A stretch of 62,000 bases of DNA. It comes from Lama guanicoe. Lineage: Eukaryota. The position numbers were made by a program, and so were the translations under genes. Every line of letters begins with the position of its first letter. Position 1 is the first letter of the stretch. Where the stretch lies: the NCBI GenBank assembly GCA_013239625.1, contig MU053934.1, positions 7,397,352 to 7,459,351 on the forward strand, given 5' to 3'. This document shows positions 11,122-23,418 of this stretch, piece by piece. The notes under the pieces were generated by a model. That model saw only the letters and a program-made list of their open reading frames with translations. It was not told the DNA's origin and made no database searches.

Positions 11122-11450
11122 TCCTATCTGAGTGTTTACCCTCAAATTCATATGCTGAAACCCTAACACCCCAGTGTAATGGTGTTAGTTGGTGGGGCAT
11201 CTGGGAGGTGATTAGATCATGAGAGTGGGGCCCCCATGCATGGGATTAGGGCCCTTTTTAAAGGCCCCAGAAGCCACGTGAGGACACAGCAAGATGGCTA
11301 ACTGTGACCCAGGAAGAGACCTTCACTGCCCACCTCAGGCCGCTTGATCTTAAAGGGACATCCCAGCCTCCAGAATAATGGGAAAAGATTTCTGTTTAAA
11401 CTACCACATTTATAACATTTCATTACAGCAGCCCTAACAGACTAAGACAG
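11122..11450 (+). mobile_element. MaLR solo LTR (MLT1A-like)
   Basis: caaattcatatgctgaaaccctaacaccccagtgt...gaggacacagcaagatggc...ccagcctccagaa...cagcagccctaacagactaagaca. Confidence 0.85.
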
Positions 11451-11617
11451 AGACCTGGAGACCTAAACATCACCTCGCTGCTTCTGTCTCTCAAAGCGCA
11501 CATCTTGATGTTTTGGTTTTCCTCCACAACCAGCAAGAACAACAGCTGACACACCATTAAGGCCTGTGGTTCCAAGGCCTCCAAAAAGAAAGGGAGGCAA
11601 AAGGACAGAAGACTTCC

Positions 11618-11623
11618 TTTATT
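11618..11623 (-). terminator. TTLL12: TTLL12 poly(A) signal AATAAA
   Basis: TTTATT on + strand, about 1.2 kb after the stop; U-rich tract downstream on the - strand. Confidence 0.7.
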
Positions 11624-11872
11624 GCGGTACAAATCAGGTCAGGGAGGGGACGGGACGCAGCAGCTCTCCGGGGACAAAGCCAGAGATGAGGTGTCCCGCC
11701 CTTTCCACCTCTACTTGGCTGGAGGGAAGGGGTGCTATCCCAGGACACAGGCTGACCTTCTGGTTAACAGAGAGGATGGACAGACACACCCAGACAGACA
11801 CAGAGATGGGAGGCACGATCAAGTCCAATTTTGCTACAGGGATCACTCTTGGCTTCAGAATGAAACAAGCAG

Positions 11873-11892
11873 ACACACACACACACACACAC
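11873..11892. repeat. (AC)10 microsatellite in TTLL12 3'UTR
   Basis: Read directly. Confidence 0.9.
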
Positions 11893-12837
11893 GAAAGCTC
11901 TGCAGGCAGCTCCCCCATGAAAATCAGACTTGCCCCCTGTGCCTTTAGCTTGACCCGAGTGCACAGTGGCTACACAAAATATACTGGAAACTGACTCAAA
12001 ATTTCAGAAACAAGATTAAGGAAAAGAATGAGAATTTTAAATTTTCTCCCCATGAATGAAAAAGTAACAAAAATCCCACATTTTGACTCTAGACTGGTGG
12101 AAGATGACATCTGACTTCAACGTAAAGCTCTCCTTGGAATTGTCTCTTGGCCATCCACTGCCTGGTACTCTGCGGCCCCCTCCTGTCCCCGAGTCCCCTC
12201 ACCAGTATCCTGGGCAGGCAGGCGCTGGCACCACATTTGGTCCCTTGCACAGGACCAAGTGGAAAGGCAACAGTAACCAAAGGCAGTGGCCATCCTGCCC
12301 TGGAGCCTGAAGGGAGGTTTGCTGGTGAAGGTTTGACTCACAGGGGCAAGAAGGCTGGGCCTTAGAAGCAGGCTCCCAGGGTGTTCTGGGGACGCCTGTC
12401 ACTCAGGGCCTGGGGTGGAGCATGGGAGGCAGACACGAGACGCAGCCAGTCTGGGTCTGTCAATGTCTGGGCTCCCAGCGGCGCTCCTGGGGAACCTTGC
12501 CTGACATGCTCCCCAGAACCCCTCTTCGCTTACACTCTCTGGGAGCACAGCACCCCAGGAACCAAACTTTCCGGAAGAAAGCCTGTGTCTGAGCTGAGAC
12601 CAATCAACTGCACAGTGGTGAGGGGAGTGTGGGCGGGGCTTGGTGCTCGGCCCTGGGGGCACTGTGATGGGCCCTGCTCCTGACCGCTGCGGAGAGGGGG
12701 ACCCGAGCCCACAGTGTGAGGCCAGGACGATGGCTCGCAGGGCGGAGGGAGAGGAGCAGCAGGGACTTTGCAGAAGCAGCTCAGAGAACCGAGGCTGGAA
12801 TCCTCCTGCGAGCACTGGCAGAGGGGCCAGCAAGCAC

Positions 12838-12989
12838 CTAGATGAGGCGGGTGACGGGGCAGCTGCCGGGCTCGTCCAGGAACAAGGTGCTGAAGATGTC
12901 ATTGAAGAAGGTTGGGTGGTACCTGCAGGCCCGCTCACAGTCCGGGTTGAAATTCACCTCTAGGATCTGCGGCTGCATCACTCGCTTCC
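12838..12989 (-). CDS. TTLL12: TTLL12 exon 14 (last coding exon, stop TAG)
   Basis: KRVMQPQILEVNFNPDCERACRYHPTFFNDIFSTLFLDEPGSCPVTRLI*; TTL-family LEVN motif; cag acceptor. Confidence 0.96.
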
Positions 12990-13552
12990 CTGGTGGCACA
13001 AAAGCACAGAGCATCTCACTCTTGGGAGGGCAGCCCTGGGGGCCTGTGGCCCCAGTCACCCAGCAGTGGGCCCAGGCCAGGGTCTGGAACTTGGGTCTCC
13101 TGGCTCCCCGGGGGCCTGGTCTGAAGCCTGCTCTTCTAGGGGAAAGACTGGAGCTGTCTCTGACCCCAGGAGTATTATGAGCCACCACCAGCCCCAGTGT
13201 GAGGTTTGGTCAGCCCCCAGGGACTCTGGCACAAGGGGCCTGGTGAGGGCTACTGCCCGCTCGGCCTTCCACACAGGGCTCCTTCCTCGTGGGCGCTCCT
13301 GACACCACTGCTGCCCACTCGCCTTTTCCAGGTGCGCTCTGCCCTGCAGGCCGTGGCCCCTTAAGGTGGGCCTCCCCGGACCCAGATCTCCTGGCTAATT
13401 CAAGGCAAAGGACAACCTGGGCAGTGCTGCCCAGGGCGAGGGAGTGGCGATGCCCGCTCTCGTCCCTGGGGGGGCTGGTACGGGAGGGCTGGATGATCAG
13501 CTTTGTGTAAGTGGAGGGGACAGTTTGGATTATGGGCGGGGGGCCCTCTCAC

Positions 13553-13691
13553 CATCTGGACGGCTGTCCCATTTCAGCATGAGGTCGACAGCATACACTG
13601 CCCTGGATGAGGGGTAGTCGCAGAGACCCAGTGGGGGCGGCTTGGCACACGCCACCTGGAATAGCTCCGTGAAGGCCTGGAAGATTTCAGC
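13553..13691 (-). CDS. TTLL12: TTLL12 exon 13
   Basis: AEIFQAFTELFQVACAKPPPLGLCDYPSSRAVYAVDLMLKWDSRPD; AG/GT bounded, 139 nt. Confidence 0.95.
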
Positions 13692-14195
13692 CTGGGGACC
13701 GGGGGAGGCAGGGTCAGGGGGCCTGCGTGGCTGACGTTGGGACCAGCCCCTCAATATGGGGTTCACTGCCCCATCCTGAGCCCTGGGCCCCAAGTGGCCA
13801 GGTCACCACATCCTACATCCTTAGAACTGGCCACAGCCACCTCTACCCGACGCCTGCTTGCCTCACCCCTGGAGTCCACCTACTGCAGACCTGCCCGTGT
13901 CTCCTGCCTCAGAGCCCCCAGCGGCGCAGCACTGCACCTGAAACACTCAGGACACGGAGGCCAGCCTGCATTTCAGATGCATCCCTGTGTCCCCTCAGGT
14001 GTGCAACTCCCGGGCAGGGCCCTTCTCTGTCTGGTTGTCCTAAGGGTGCCCTGAATGCCCCTCTAGGCTATGTTCTAGGAACCCTCACCACACCCCATCT
14101 GGGCCAGAGGGGAGGAGGGGGTCTCAGCCCATACCCGCCCGATGCCCCTTCCCCCAGAGGGAAGCCCCGGCCCCTCCGGCTTGGCTAGGACTCAC

Positions 14196-14264
14196 CTGGA
14201 CGCTCTTCCAGGGAAATTCTGGGTACTGCTTCTCAAATTCAGGGATGAACTCATCGTAGTGCAA
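14196..14264 (-). CDS. TTLL12: TTLL12 exon 12
   Basis: LHYDEFIPEFEKQYPEFPWKSVQ; AG/GT bounded, 69 nt. Confidence 0.95.
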
Positions 14265-16043
14265 CTGCAACAGACAAACATCCCGTCGCACTCTGCCTGG
14301 GGCCTCCTCTGGGCAGGGAGGAGGGCAGCCCGGCCTGACCTGCCTTGATGTGGAACCTCTGACATTTGCTGGGGCACAGGTCAGCACCAGCAGCCTCTCT
14401 GGCCCCACCTCTGCAGGGCACAAATGGGAGGCAGGAGTCTGGGTCTGAGCTCTGGATCCCTCAGTGACTGGCTGTCCCACTTCAGCACATTACTTCTCAG
14501 AGCCTCAGTGTCTTCAGCTGTAAAATGGGATAATACTCCCAGCCTAGCAAACCTACTCTGCATGGCTGCTGTGAGGCTCAAGTGAGGCACTGAACGTTGC
14601 AAAGCCAGGGCCAACGTGTCATCATGTCCTTCTCAGGACAGTGCACTGGAGGCAGAGCTTGGACCCCAGACTGCAGGGCCCAGGTCTGAGCCTGCCACTC
14701 AGCTCCAGCTCGAAGTCCCTGTGCAAGCAAGATCGTCTCAGGCCAAAACTTCACCCAACCACACCCGAGCAGGCTGGCCGTTGGCTCAGGTTTCTCCCAG
14801 TAAGGGCCAGATCCGGCTCCCTATGGAAGCCCAGCACAGCATTCCCACCCCACTGGACATGCGTCCGCACACGCGGGGGCTGCAAAGGAAATGTGACCCT
14901 CGGGATTCACCTGCTATACAGAGGGAAGGCATTTAGATCCCTCAGAGACGATCTCAATATCCCTGGGCCCCGGGCCCCAGGGACCTGCCTTCAGCACAGC
15001 CCAAGACAGAGCGGGGACAAGCAGCAGCAGCCCTGCCGGGCGTGCCTGTGTCCTGGCCACCTGGGCGGTGCAGCGCCCCCCAGAAGACTTCTCACACAGC
15101 ACAGGGAGGCTCTGAGTGGTCCGTGCAGTACACCTACGGACACTGAGAAACCAGAAACGGCCTGCGCTACCCTTACCAAGGTGACGCATCTACAAACGTG
15201 ATACTCAGTGAAGAACTAAGCCGCTGAAGGGTTTGTTCTGTAGGATGCTGTTACTCAAAACCTAAAAAACTCAGAACAATAGTTTGAACTATTTAGGGAT
15301 GTCCTTGTGCTGAAAAGAATCATAAAGTGCCTGGAAGGAAATCACCACATTCAGGAGCTGCCACCTCGACGGAGGTGGGAACAAGAAAGCCGCCTGCAGG
15401 CTGTGAGGAGCAGGGTGGCAAGCGCGGGTGTGCCTGCATCCTGTCTGCCCAGCACAGCAATGAACCAACTGCAGGGTGGAGAGGACTTCCGGGACAGCAC
15501 GTCAGGGGACCTATTTCTCCTTTCTTCCTTCCTCCTCCCAGAGCCGGCCTCTGCCTCTGCCCAGTCTGCGCCTACCCTACCTGTCCCAGGTGCACTGCTG
15601 GCCAGCCGGGCTTTGACACCCTCACGCTAAATGAGCTTTGCCCTGATGCCCCTTTGCTCGAGGTGCCCAGATAGCATAGGGAAGACGAGGAACCAGGGTC
15701 CAGGCAGGTCACAGCTCAGCTCAGCTCAGTAGCCCACCCCGGGGAAACACGTGACTTGAACCCCCGTGCCTCCCAACCCCGACCTGTCTTCATGCTCAGT
15801 GGGTGCCGAACGGAAGGCAGCCTGTGCTTCCCGGCTAAGACCCAGGTCTGCTCAGACTCGGGACCAGGAAGCCTCGGGCCCCCAGTTAACTTGAACAGAG
15901 CTGCAGGGGCAGCTGCTGGAGGTGACAGAGGAAGGCAGCTCCTCTGAACATCTATGCAGCCTGCCTGGAAGGCAAGCTGATGGGTGTGGGGTCAGTGCCA
16001 GCCTCCACGAGAACCCGCTCCCCAGGCCCCGCCAGGTCCCTAC

Positions 16044-16125
16044 CTGCTTCAGCACCACTTCCGGGTCGTAGTTCATTACAGTGAAATGTTTCTCGTAGTC
16101 GTCCAGGTCGTTGAGTGCAAAGGGC
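16044..16125 (-). CDS. TTLL12: TTLL12 exon 11
   Basis: PFALNDLDDYEKHFTVMNYDPEVVLKQ; AG/GT bounded, 82 nt. Confidence 0.95.
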
Positions 16126-16474
16126 CTGCAGGATGAGCAGGTGGACACTCACGTGGGTGCTGAGCATGGCCAGTCTGAGCAGGGGAGGTGCTCAGAGCCC
16201 CCAGCCCCACCATGGGCTAGCTGTGAAGACCCCCCAGGCCCGTGAACATCGCCGTGGCTCACAGATGCTGGCGCCTGTCCGACAAGGGGCGCTCACACCT
16301 TGTGGCGGCTGCTGCAGGCAGGGCGAGAGTCACTGCCTTTTAATAGAAATGGGCTTGGCGGGGCCCCCTGAGGGTGCCGGGTGGTGAGGGAGCCCCTGTG
16401 GAGGTGCTCAGGTCCCGAGTTACAGAGGGGCCGTCGCCCAGACCCCCACCCCACCCTGCCGTCTCCCCAGTTAC

Positions 16475-16626
16475 CGGTTGGAGAACCGCAGCCAGAACAC
16501 GTCGTATACAAACAACTGCAGGGGCTTCACCGACCGCAGGAGCACGATGTAGCGGACGTCGAACTTGACCCTCCCCACGTCTTCCCGAAAGAACAGGACG
16601 GGACTTTCAATGTATTTGGACACAAC
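16475..16626 (-). CDS. TTLL12: TTLL12 exon 10
   Basis: VVSKYIESPVLFFREDVGRVKFDVRYIVLLRSVKPLQLFVYDVFWLRFSN; TTL-type KYI and KFD.R motifs; 152 nt. Confidence 0.95.
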
Positions 16627-17340
16627 CTGCAGGACACAGACGCAGGCTCACCTCACCTGGGCCAGGACAGAGCACCCTGACCTCGCCAGCTGCGGGCTCT
16701 AGCCGCGCCACCCCCACAGCCTGGAGGATCAGGCCTGCTCCCGGGCCCCCTCCGTCTCAGTGCCATGGGGGTCCTGCTCCCTGCGCTCGCTTCCTCTGGT
16801 CTCTTCAAGCCCATGTCAACGCTGCCACAAATTCTCTATCTCCACTTTCACTTTAATTGATGGAAAAGGTCCCACCGGTGTTTAGACTTTGAAAACTGAA
16901 TACAAATTCTCAGCCGTAAATCCACGGATTGCCCCATCTCACTGTTAGAAATCTTCCCAATGGCCATCCCAGTGGCCTGGTTTCACTCAGGCCTCTGTCC
17001 AGGTGCAGAATCTTGTGTCCCACAACTCCTCCACTGACGTGCCCTGTGTCACTACTGCACCTCTGTCCAGGGCCTCACGGGGCTCCCTGGCCTGGCCACA
17101 TCCCTCCTGTCAGGTGGTCACATGAGGTGCGGCGTGGGGGGACACAGTCAGATATGCCCAGATGGCTCTGATGGAGGGTTCCCTCCTCTCACTGGCTGTC
17201 ACACGGCTCCTCCCTACTGGCGGGGGCAGGGGACAAGGGGGGTACTCCTGGGAGCTGAGTGAGGTTACCAGGACCCACCGCACAGGTCCTAGATGCCAGA
17301 GTCCCCTCCACCCCACCTCCTGGCACACCCAACGCCTCAC

Positions 17341-17452
17341 CTTGGGGGAGCTCTCGCGGTGCCGGATGACGCTGTGCAGGTTCTTGGTGATGTGGGTGTC
17401 CAGGCTGCGGGCCAGGTTCCAGGGCTTGCAGATCCAGTGGTTGTCCTCACCC
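17341..17452 (-). CDS. TTLL12: TTLL12 exon 9
   Basis: [44 protein letters not shown] motif; 112 nt. Confidence 0.95.
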
Positions 17453-17791
17453 CTGGGACCAGACGGGGCCGGCTAGGCTGTGCCCGGGCCCACCCTCCCA
17501 GGCAGTGTGTCCCTAGGACTGTGCAGCAGAGCAGGGGCACCCGAACCCCCTGGGGGGCCGACGGAGCTGCACTCCAGGCAGAAGGACTACCTGAGCAGAG
17601 GCGCTGAGAGCCCTGCGGCAGCCCCTCACTGAAGGGTGCCCATGGCTCCTGGGACTGCGGCCTGTACACAGCAGGCATCCAGCTACGGAGCAGGCCAGGA
17701 GGAGTGAGGACGGGTGAGGCTGCGGCAGGCGGGGGCCGCAGGAGCACGACAGGCGTGGGGTCTCCACTCACAGGGCTCTAGGGGCACTTAC

Positions 17792-17986
17792 CGCCTCTCC
17801 CGCTGCTGGAAGTAGCTGACAAACTGCGGCAGCTCGGTGCGCAGGTTGAAGGTGCGGGGCAGCCAGGCCGGGCCCTCGGGGCCCCCCGCCCGGCGTGCGA
17901 TGGAGGCCAGGCAGTCCTTCACCGTCAGCAGGTTCTCGCAGGGAAACTGGTTCAGCAGCACGTTGGGCCTCTCCTGGCTCAGCCTC
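17792..17986 (-). CDS. TTLL12: TTLL12 exon 8
   Basis: RLSQERPNVLLNQFPCENLLTVKDCLASIARRAGGPEGPAWLPRTFNLRTELPQFVSYFQQRER; 195 nt. Confidence 0.95.
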
Positions 17987-18073
17987 CTGCGGGGCCGAGG
18001 AGGTGCGATGGGTCAGGGGCGGGTGAGGGTGCTGGGGCCTGTGTCTGGAGACCGGGGCGGGGAGGTGTCTCAC

Positions 18074-18190
18074 CTGTAGTCCTTGAGGTGTGAGAAGTGG
18101 TAGAGGACGTCGGCGTCCGCCTCGCTCTGGGTGAAGGTGAAGCGCGGGTGCGTGAGGTGGCTGAGCACCTGCTGGACATCTGTGTAGACC
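18074..18190 (-). CDS. TTLL12: TTLL12 exon 7
   Basis: VYTDVQQVLSHLTHPRFTFTQSEADADVLYHFSHLKDY; AG/GT bounded, 117 nt. Confidence 0.94.
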
Positions 18191-19399
18191 CTGCGAGGGG
18201 CCGGACTGAGGTCAGCCAGCTAGGCTCGGGCCCCATGGCCCCTGCTTGTCCGCCAAGTGACAGGACAACTTGGACCCTCACGACCTCAGGTTACCCACCA
18301 GTAAGATGGGACCCCAGGGCCCACCTTACGCTTGACCTCAGGATGAAACAGGAGAACTTGAGTGTTCAACAAACATGAGCTCTTTTCTTCTCATGTGGAA
18401 ATAGGACAGGGTGGACACACTAAGAACTCTGTCCTCAGAGAAGGGATCAAGGACCCTAGGTGCCTGCAGGTGAGCGTGTGTCCAAGACAAGTGCCCCACA
18501 TAAGGCCTCATTCCACGCTGGTGCTCGCTGTGCCTGCCATGCCCGGCCGTGCTAGCCCCAGGCAGAGGGGAGGACAGGCCCTGGGAGCCTGTCTGCTGGC
18601 GGTGGTGGATGCAGACGTACTTTTAAAGCGATGGGGCCAAGTGTGAGGGCGGGAGGGAGGCACAGCTGTGGACAGTGTTCTAGGGGAGGAAGGGAGGTGA
18701 GGAGCTAGACCGCTCAGCTGGGCCAGCACAAGGCCTTTAGCCTGGGGCTGGTGCATGGAGCACAACTGTGGGTAAGTGGCAAAGCTAAGTGCCTCAGGGA
18801 GGGGGATGAGGGCCCAGCCCAGGGCCAGTGGGGAGGAAGCCCCCAGGACCTGGGGGAGGAAGCAGAGGGAGCATGTTGCCTGTTTCTGGCAGGATCAGGT
18901 CTGGGTGGCCAGAGGGAAGGGTTCCCACTGGAGACAGAGGCCAAACTGCCCCTGGCTAGGCTGGGACCCACCCCCTAGCCAATGCTCCCTAGTGGGTGGA
19001 GGTTCAGCCTGGGCTCGCATGCCTGCATGGCTTCCCGTAACCTGCCAGCCCACACCTGTGGACACCTGGAAATGCCCCCTTCCTGGCAGCCCAGGTGCCT
19101 TTCCCAGGTGCCCAGCACGGTGACTGTCAGCACTGACTCCCTGCTTCCAGAGGGGGCCGGCGTGTGCAGCCGGGCTGTATATCCCTAGCCCCACCCTCAC
19201 TTTCCAGAGCCTTCTCTCTGTGATCCTGAGGCTCCACCCCAGCACGTCCGTCACTGTCATGCTGCCCGGAGGCAGAGGACTTACTGAGCGCCTCCCTGCA
19301 CCAGGCACTGTCCCAGGAGTTGAGGGGGCTGGGGGGGAGTGTGTGAGGAAAGTGACCGAGGGAAAATCTGATCACAGGCTGACAAGGAGGGCTACGCAC

Positions 19400-19476
19400 T
19401 TGAAGACGTGGTCACAGGGATACGCCACCGGGGTGATGGCAAGTGGCAGCTTCTCCTTGTTTTCCTCCAAAATGGC
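19400..19476 (-). CDS. TTLL12: TTLL12 exon 6
   Basis: AILEENKEKLPLAITPVAYPCDHVF(K); donor gtgcgt; 77 nt. Confidence 0.93.
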
Positions 19477-19849
19477 CTGGAAGGGAAGCATTGAAGGTAG
19501 AAACATACCCTCAGGAAAGGGAGCGAGTGAACACATGCCTCCCCATCCTGTACCTTGGGGTTTTGAGATCGCAGGGGGCACACCCGGACCTCAGGAAGAG
19601 CCCTTCGCAGACACTGCAGCACCCAGAACCCTCTGACTGCTCCCACCCGGTAGTCTGGGGCTCAAGGCCCCTCAGGTGCCAAACAGCCTGTTTTGTGTTC
19701 AAAAGAACAATGTAAACATATAGAAAATGTTCTAAGTCTCCTCAATGCTTCCTCCAAGTCACAGGCAGCCGAGATGTGCCCAGCCTGTCCTGGAAAGGGG
19801 CTGCCTGGTCCTAGGGGAGTGCCCGAGGGCTGTTCGAGCTTCAGCAGCA

Positions 19850-20354
19850 TGGTAGTTTAAAGCATGCCCAGAAACTCTTTGACACCCTTTTCAAAAGGCA
19901 GTTAATTCATCTCCCCTTGAGGGTGGGCTGGACTGAACGAGCTGCTTACAACAAATTAAAAGAGAGTGGAACAAAATGCTTCATGAAAGGTCCTGCAGCT
20001 CCCCTCCCCGCCTTCTCTCAGACCCTTGCTCTATGAGGGGTGAACCGCCACATCGCGAGGACGCTCAAGCAGCCCGGGAGAGGTGCACGCGGGCAGGAGC
20101 CAGGCCTTCTGCCGACAGCTGGCACTGCCTTGCCAGCCGTGTGAGGGCTCCATGTGCGAGCAGGACCCGGCCCCAGGAAGCCTCAGATGACAGCGCCAGC
20201 TGACAGTGGGGCTGCGCTGTCTGAGACTGAGTCAGAAGCCCCCAGCCCAGCCACTCCCCATCTCCTCCCCACAGGAAGGAAGTGGTAATGAAGGTCCGCT
20301 GTTTTGAGCGGCTGTGTATTGGAGTAACTTGCTACCTGGGGACAGCTAAATACA
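19850..20354 (+). mobile_element. MaLR solo LTR (MLT1F-like) in TTLL12 intron 5
   Basis: tggtagtttaaagcatgccc...ccccttgagggtgggctggact...aggacgctcaagcagccc...gcctcagatgac...tgttttgagc...gtaacttgctac. Confidence 0.75.
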
Positions 20355-21924
20355 GGCAAGCCCAGGGCCCAGACTGCAGGCCTGATCCAGACGAGCCAAC
20401 CACGAGAAACCACGAGGATGTTTTGAAAACCAGTGTTGGCTCGTACCTCCTCTGCCTGGCCAGTAGAGGGCACCCCCCCCAATACTAATGTCAGCTCAGG
20501 TCCCTCTAACAGCCTCCAGGTTAGGAAGTCTTTGTCCCTTAGCCAATTCTTTAGCCTCTCCCCTTTACATCTGCTCACTGTTCAAACGTTTACCAAGCAC
20601 CTACTGGGTGCAGGCCCTCTATGAGGCCCTGAAACACAACTCCGAATTGGGAAGGGTGATCACGGAGTTTTCGGCAGGATTAGTTCAATCACCGATGGCT
20701 TAAATCGAATTCAAAGGGAAAAGTGACAACGGGGCCACATGCCAGCCTGGCTCTCCCAAACAGCAGCATCAGAGAACAGCTAACGCCACACATGCTTCCC
20801 ACTCTGACCCAAGTCAACTGGCTTCCTCCTGCCCACAATCCTCTGGGGCATTCAGGGAGCGTCTGATGTGCTGGCAGGGGCAGGGGATTTCAACATGGTG
20901 GGGCAAGGTGGGACCCTCCGCCCACAAATTACCAGGACCTCCTGGTTTTGGATGCCAGCTCTTCTACCAGCTGACCTTTGGCAAGCTACTTAACCCCTCT
21001 GTGCCTCAGTTTCCTCATCCTCAGTAAAATGAAGATAAAAATAAGCCCAGACATCCTACTGGAAGGATTACAGCAGTGCACGCCAATAAAATGCTAACAA
21101 GCAGGGGCTCATGCACCTCTTGGCTTCCAAGTGGGTACCAGCTGACTGACAGGAAGCCGAGGCAGGTGGTCAGAGGGCAGGGGAGGGAGGAAAGAGGGGC
21201 CAGGGTGTTAATCCCTGCTCCAACTTGCCTGGTTCTGGCGCTGGCTGTGTTCGTACAGGCTCCACTTCGTGCTCTGCCCCAGGCCTCAGCGACCCTCGCT
21301 CCCTCAGCTGGCCTGCCCATGGGCCCTGCATTAACTCACCACTAGCCAGGTGAGTGGGCCCGCTGGGTCCTGGTGGGGCCCTGACCGAGGATGCTCATGG
21401 ACTGAAGCATGGCTGCCATTCACAGCAATCACATGCATGAAAACCGCTAGTTGAGGGCCTACTATGTGCCAGAAAACCTACCATATGGTGTCTGAGTACA
21501 GTGTCCTCATATCCCTGGTGAGGAAGGTGTCAGGAGATGAGGAAACCCTGCGGTGCCAGGATTCACGCATGGAGCCAAGCCGCATTACCCACACTGCCCC
21601 TGCCTCCAGTCCTGGTAACGAGTCCCCCAAAACGAGCAAAAGCAGCACCTCCTCCACCCCACCAGCTCCACCCAACCCTCTGAAAGGACAGTTTCCAGCA
21701 CGGAGCACCTGGAGTCTGGGCTCAGGGCTGGCGCCAAGCTGTGTGACTACAGCAGCAGATGTCCACTCCCTGAGCTCTGAGCCCTTGTCCCTCAGACACC
21801 CCCCAATCTCTTCTCTACCTCACACGGCAGTTGGCTGGTGCTTGGGAACATTTGGTGAGTGGACAGAGAATGTTCTAGAGATGACCAGGCAAACAGGCCC
21901 AGGGGTCGGGGGTGGCAGTCGCAC

Positions 21925-22058
21925 CTGGTAGTGGTCAGCGGGCGGCTCGGGCGTTGAGGAGCTGAGGTCCAGCAGGTCAGCAGGGGCCCAGGGCAGCAGC
22001 ATGCACCTCCGGATCAGAGGGTCGGCCTCTCCGTAGGCAAAGTCCCGGGTCACCTCCT
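21925..22058 (-). CDS. TTLL12: TTLL12 exon 5
   Basis: EEVTRDFAYGEADPLIRRCMLLPWAPADLLDLSSSTPEPPADHYQ; 134 nt. Confidence 0.95.
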
Positions 22059-22139
22059 CTGCACCGAGACACGCAGGCCTGTCAGGGGCGGCAGGAGAGC
22101 AGCTGACCCTTCCTCAGGGGTGGGCGGGGTCAGACTTAC

Positions 22140-22299
22140 CACCTGTGTCCAGGTCCCTCAGGGGCCACAGCAGCGTGTAGGCCACCTGCTGGGGCATGTA
22201 GAAGAAGGGTGCAGTGGCGAAGCTCGGCTCGTCGGCGTGCTGGATGCGCGAGCCGAATTCGTCCATGATGTACCACACTGGCACCTTCTCCTCAGCTGT
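22140..22299 (-). CDS. TTLL12: TTLL12 exon 4 (SET-like region)
   Basis: TAEEKVPVWYIMDEFGSRIQHADEPSFATAPFFYMPQQVAYTLLWPLRDLDTG; 160 nt. Confidence 0.95.
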
Positions 22300-22864
22300 C
22301 TGCGGGCAGAGCACACATGGCTGCCCTCATCCACCTGTCCATCTCCCCGACCCTCCCGTCCGCGCACCTGAACACCTACCACCAGCCTGTCTATGCCCAA
22401 CTCTCCAAGCCTAGATCCTCTACCACACACGCTTCCAGTCCCTGTAACCTGCAGCCTCTGGGACCTCTGGCAGACCAGGACATGGCCCAGTGGACTGCTG
22501 TGTGATCACTTGTGTGGCAAAGGCGTATGGAAAGAAGCCACTCAGCCTAGTAGCTACATGGAAGTGTTTGGATTTTTGTATGTTGTAAGGAGAGGAGTGG
22601 TGAGACTTTGAGTTCAGGGAAGGCTTCCTGGAGGAGGCGACATCTAAGCTGAGATCATGAGAAATGACTTTTGTCTTTTCCCATACTGAAAGTGGTAAGA
22701 GGCGCTGGAGTGTAAGGGTGAATCTGGGGAGGCCGAGAGAGGGGAATGATGTAAGCCCAAGGACATGCTAAAGGGACTCAACCTTACTCCCAAAGGCAGC
22801 AAGGGACCACAAAGGGCTTTTAAGAGGGTGACAGAACCAGAAGGTGCCAGGAAAGAGGCAGCAA

Positions 22865-23002
22865 GGCCCAAGTCTAGGGGTCGGAAAGAGTTGTGTCATG
22901 TGAGTTTAAAGTCCACATGGACACCTGGGTCACTGGGCCCATGTCTAGGGGTCTGAAAGAGCTGTGTCACGTGAGTTCAAAGTCCACATGGACACCTGGG
23001 TC
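22865..23002. repeat. Two-copy tandem duplication, period 71 bp
   Basis: gtctaggggtc(g/t)gaaagag(t/c)tgtgtca(t/c)gtgagtt(t/c)aaagtccacatggacacctgggtc starts at 22872 and at 22943. Confidence 0.92.
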
Positions 23003-23219
23003 CCAGCATTGGGTGGCCCAAGGCAAAGAGTAACAGGCCCACGATGAAGCCATGGAGAATGAAGGGGGTGTCCGTTGGCCATGGAAGACAAATTTGCTCC
23101 CTTGTGGGGTAAAGGGCCAAGGCTGGGTTGGGGTTCCCCTGGACGGCCTCCCATCAGCCCTGGTGGCACGGGGCAGTGAAGGCCTGTCTGCCTCCCCCAG
23201 GGCCCAGCTGCCTGCTCAC

Positions 23220-23418
23220 CCCATGGGCCAGCTGGTAGGTCTGGTTGAACTTCCACATCTCCTCCAGCACCAGGTCCACAGCCTCGGCGCTGGGCAGCTC
23301 GCCATGGAACTCGATGCCCATCAGGTTGGCCATGCGGTGCAGCAGCCCGGGCACCTGCTGCAGCTGCTGGCGGGCATGCTCCACGCGGCACGTCCAGGCG
23401 TGGTCGATGAGGAAGATG
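23220..23418 (-). CDS. TTLL12: TTLL12 exon 3
   Basis: IFLIDHAWTCRVEHARQQLQQVPGLLHRMANLMGIEFHGELPSAEAVDLVLEEMWKFNQTYQLAHG; 199 nt. Confidence 0.95.

Noticed and set aside
17987..18073. 87-nt TTLL12 intron 7 as an in-frame retained intron
   Set aside because: Immediate in-frame TGA at the donor; C-rich with no hairpin
22059..22139. 81-nt TTLL12 intron 4 as an in-frame retained intron or mirtron
   Set aside because: In-frame TGA inside the intron; the CTGACCC/GGGTCAG stem is only 7 bp and does not span the intron
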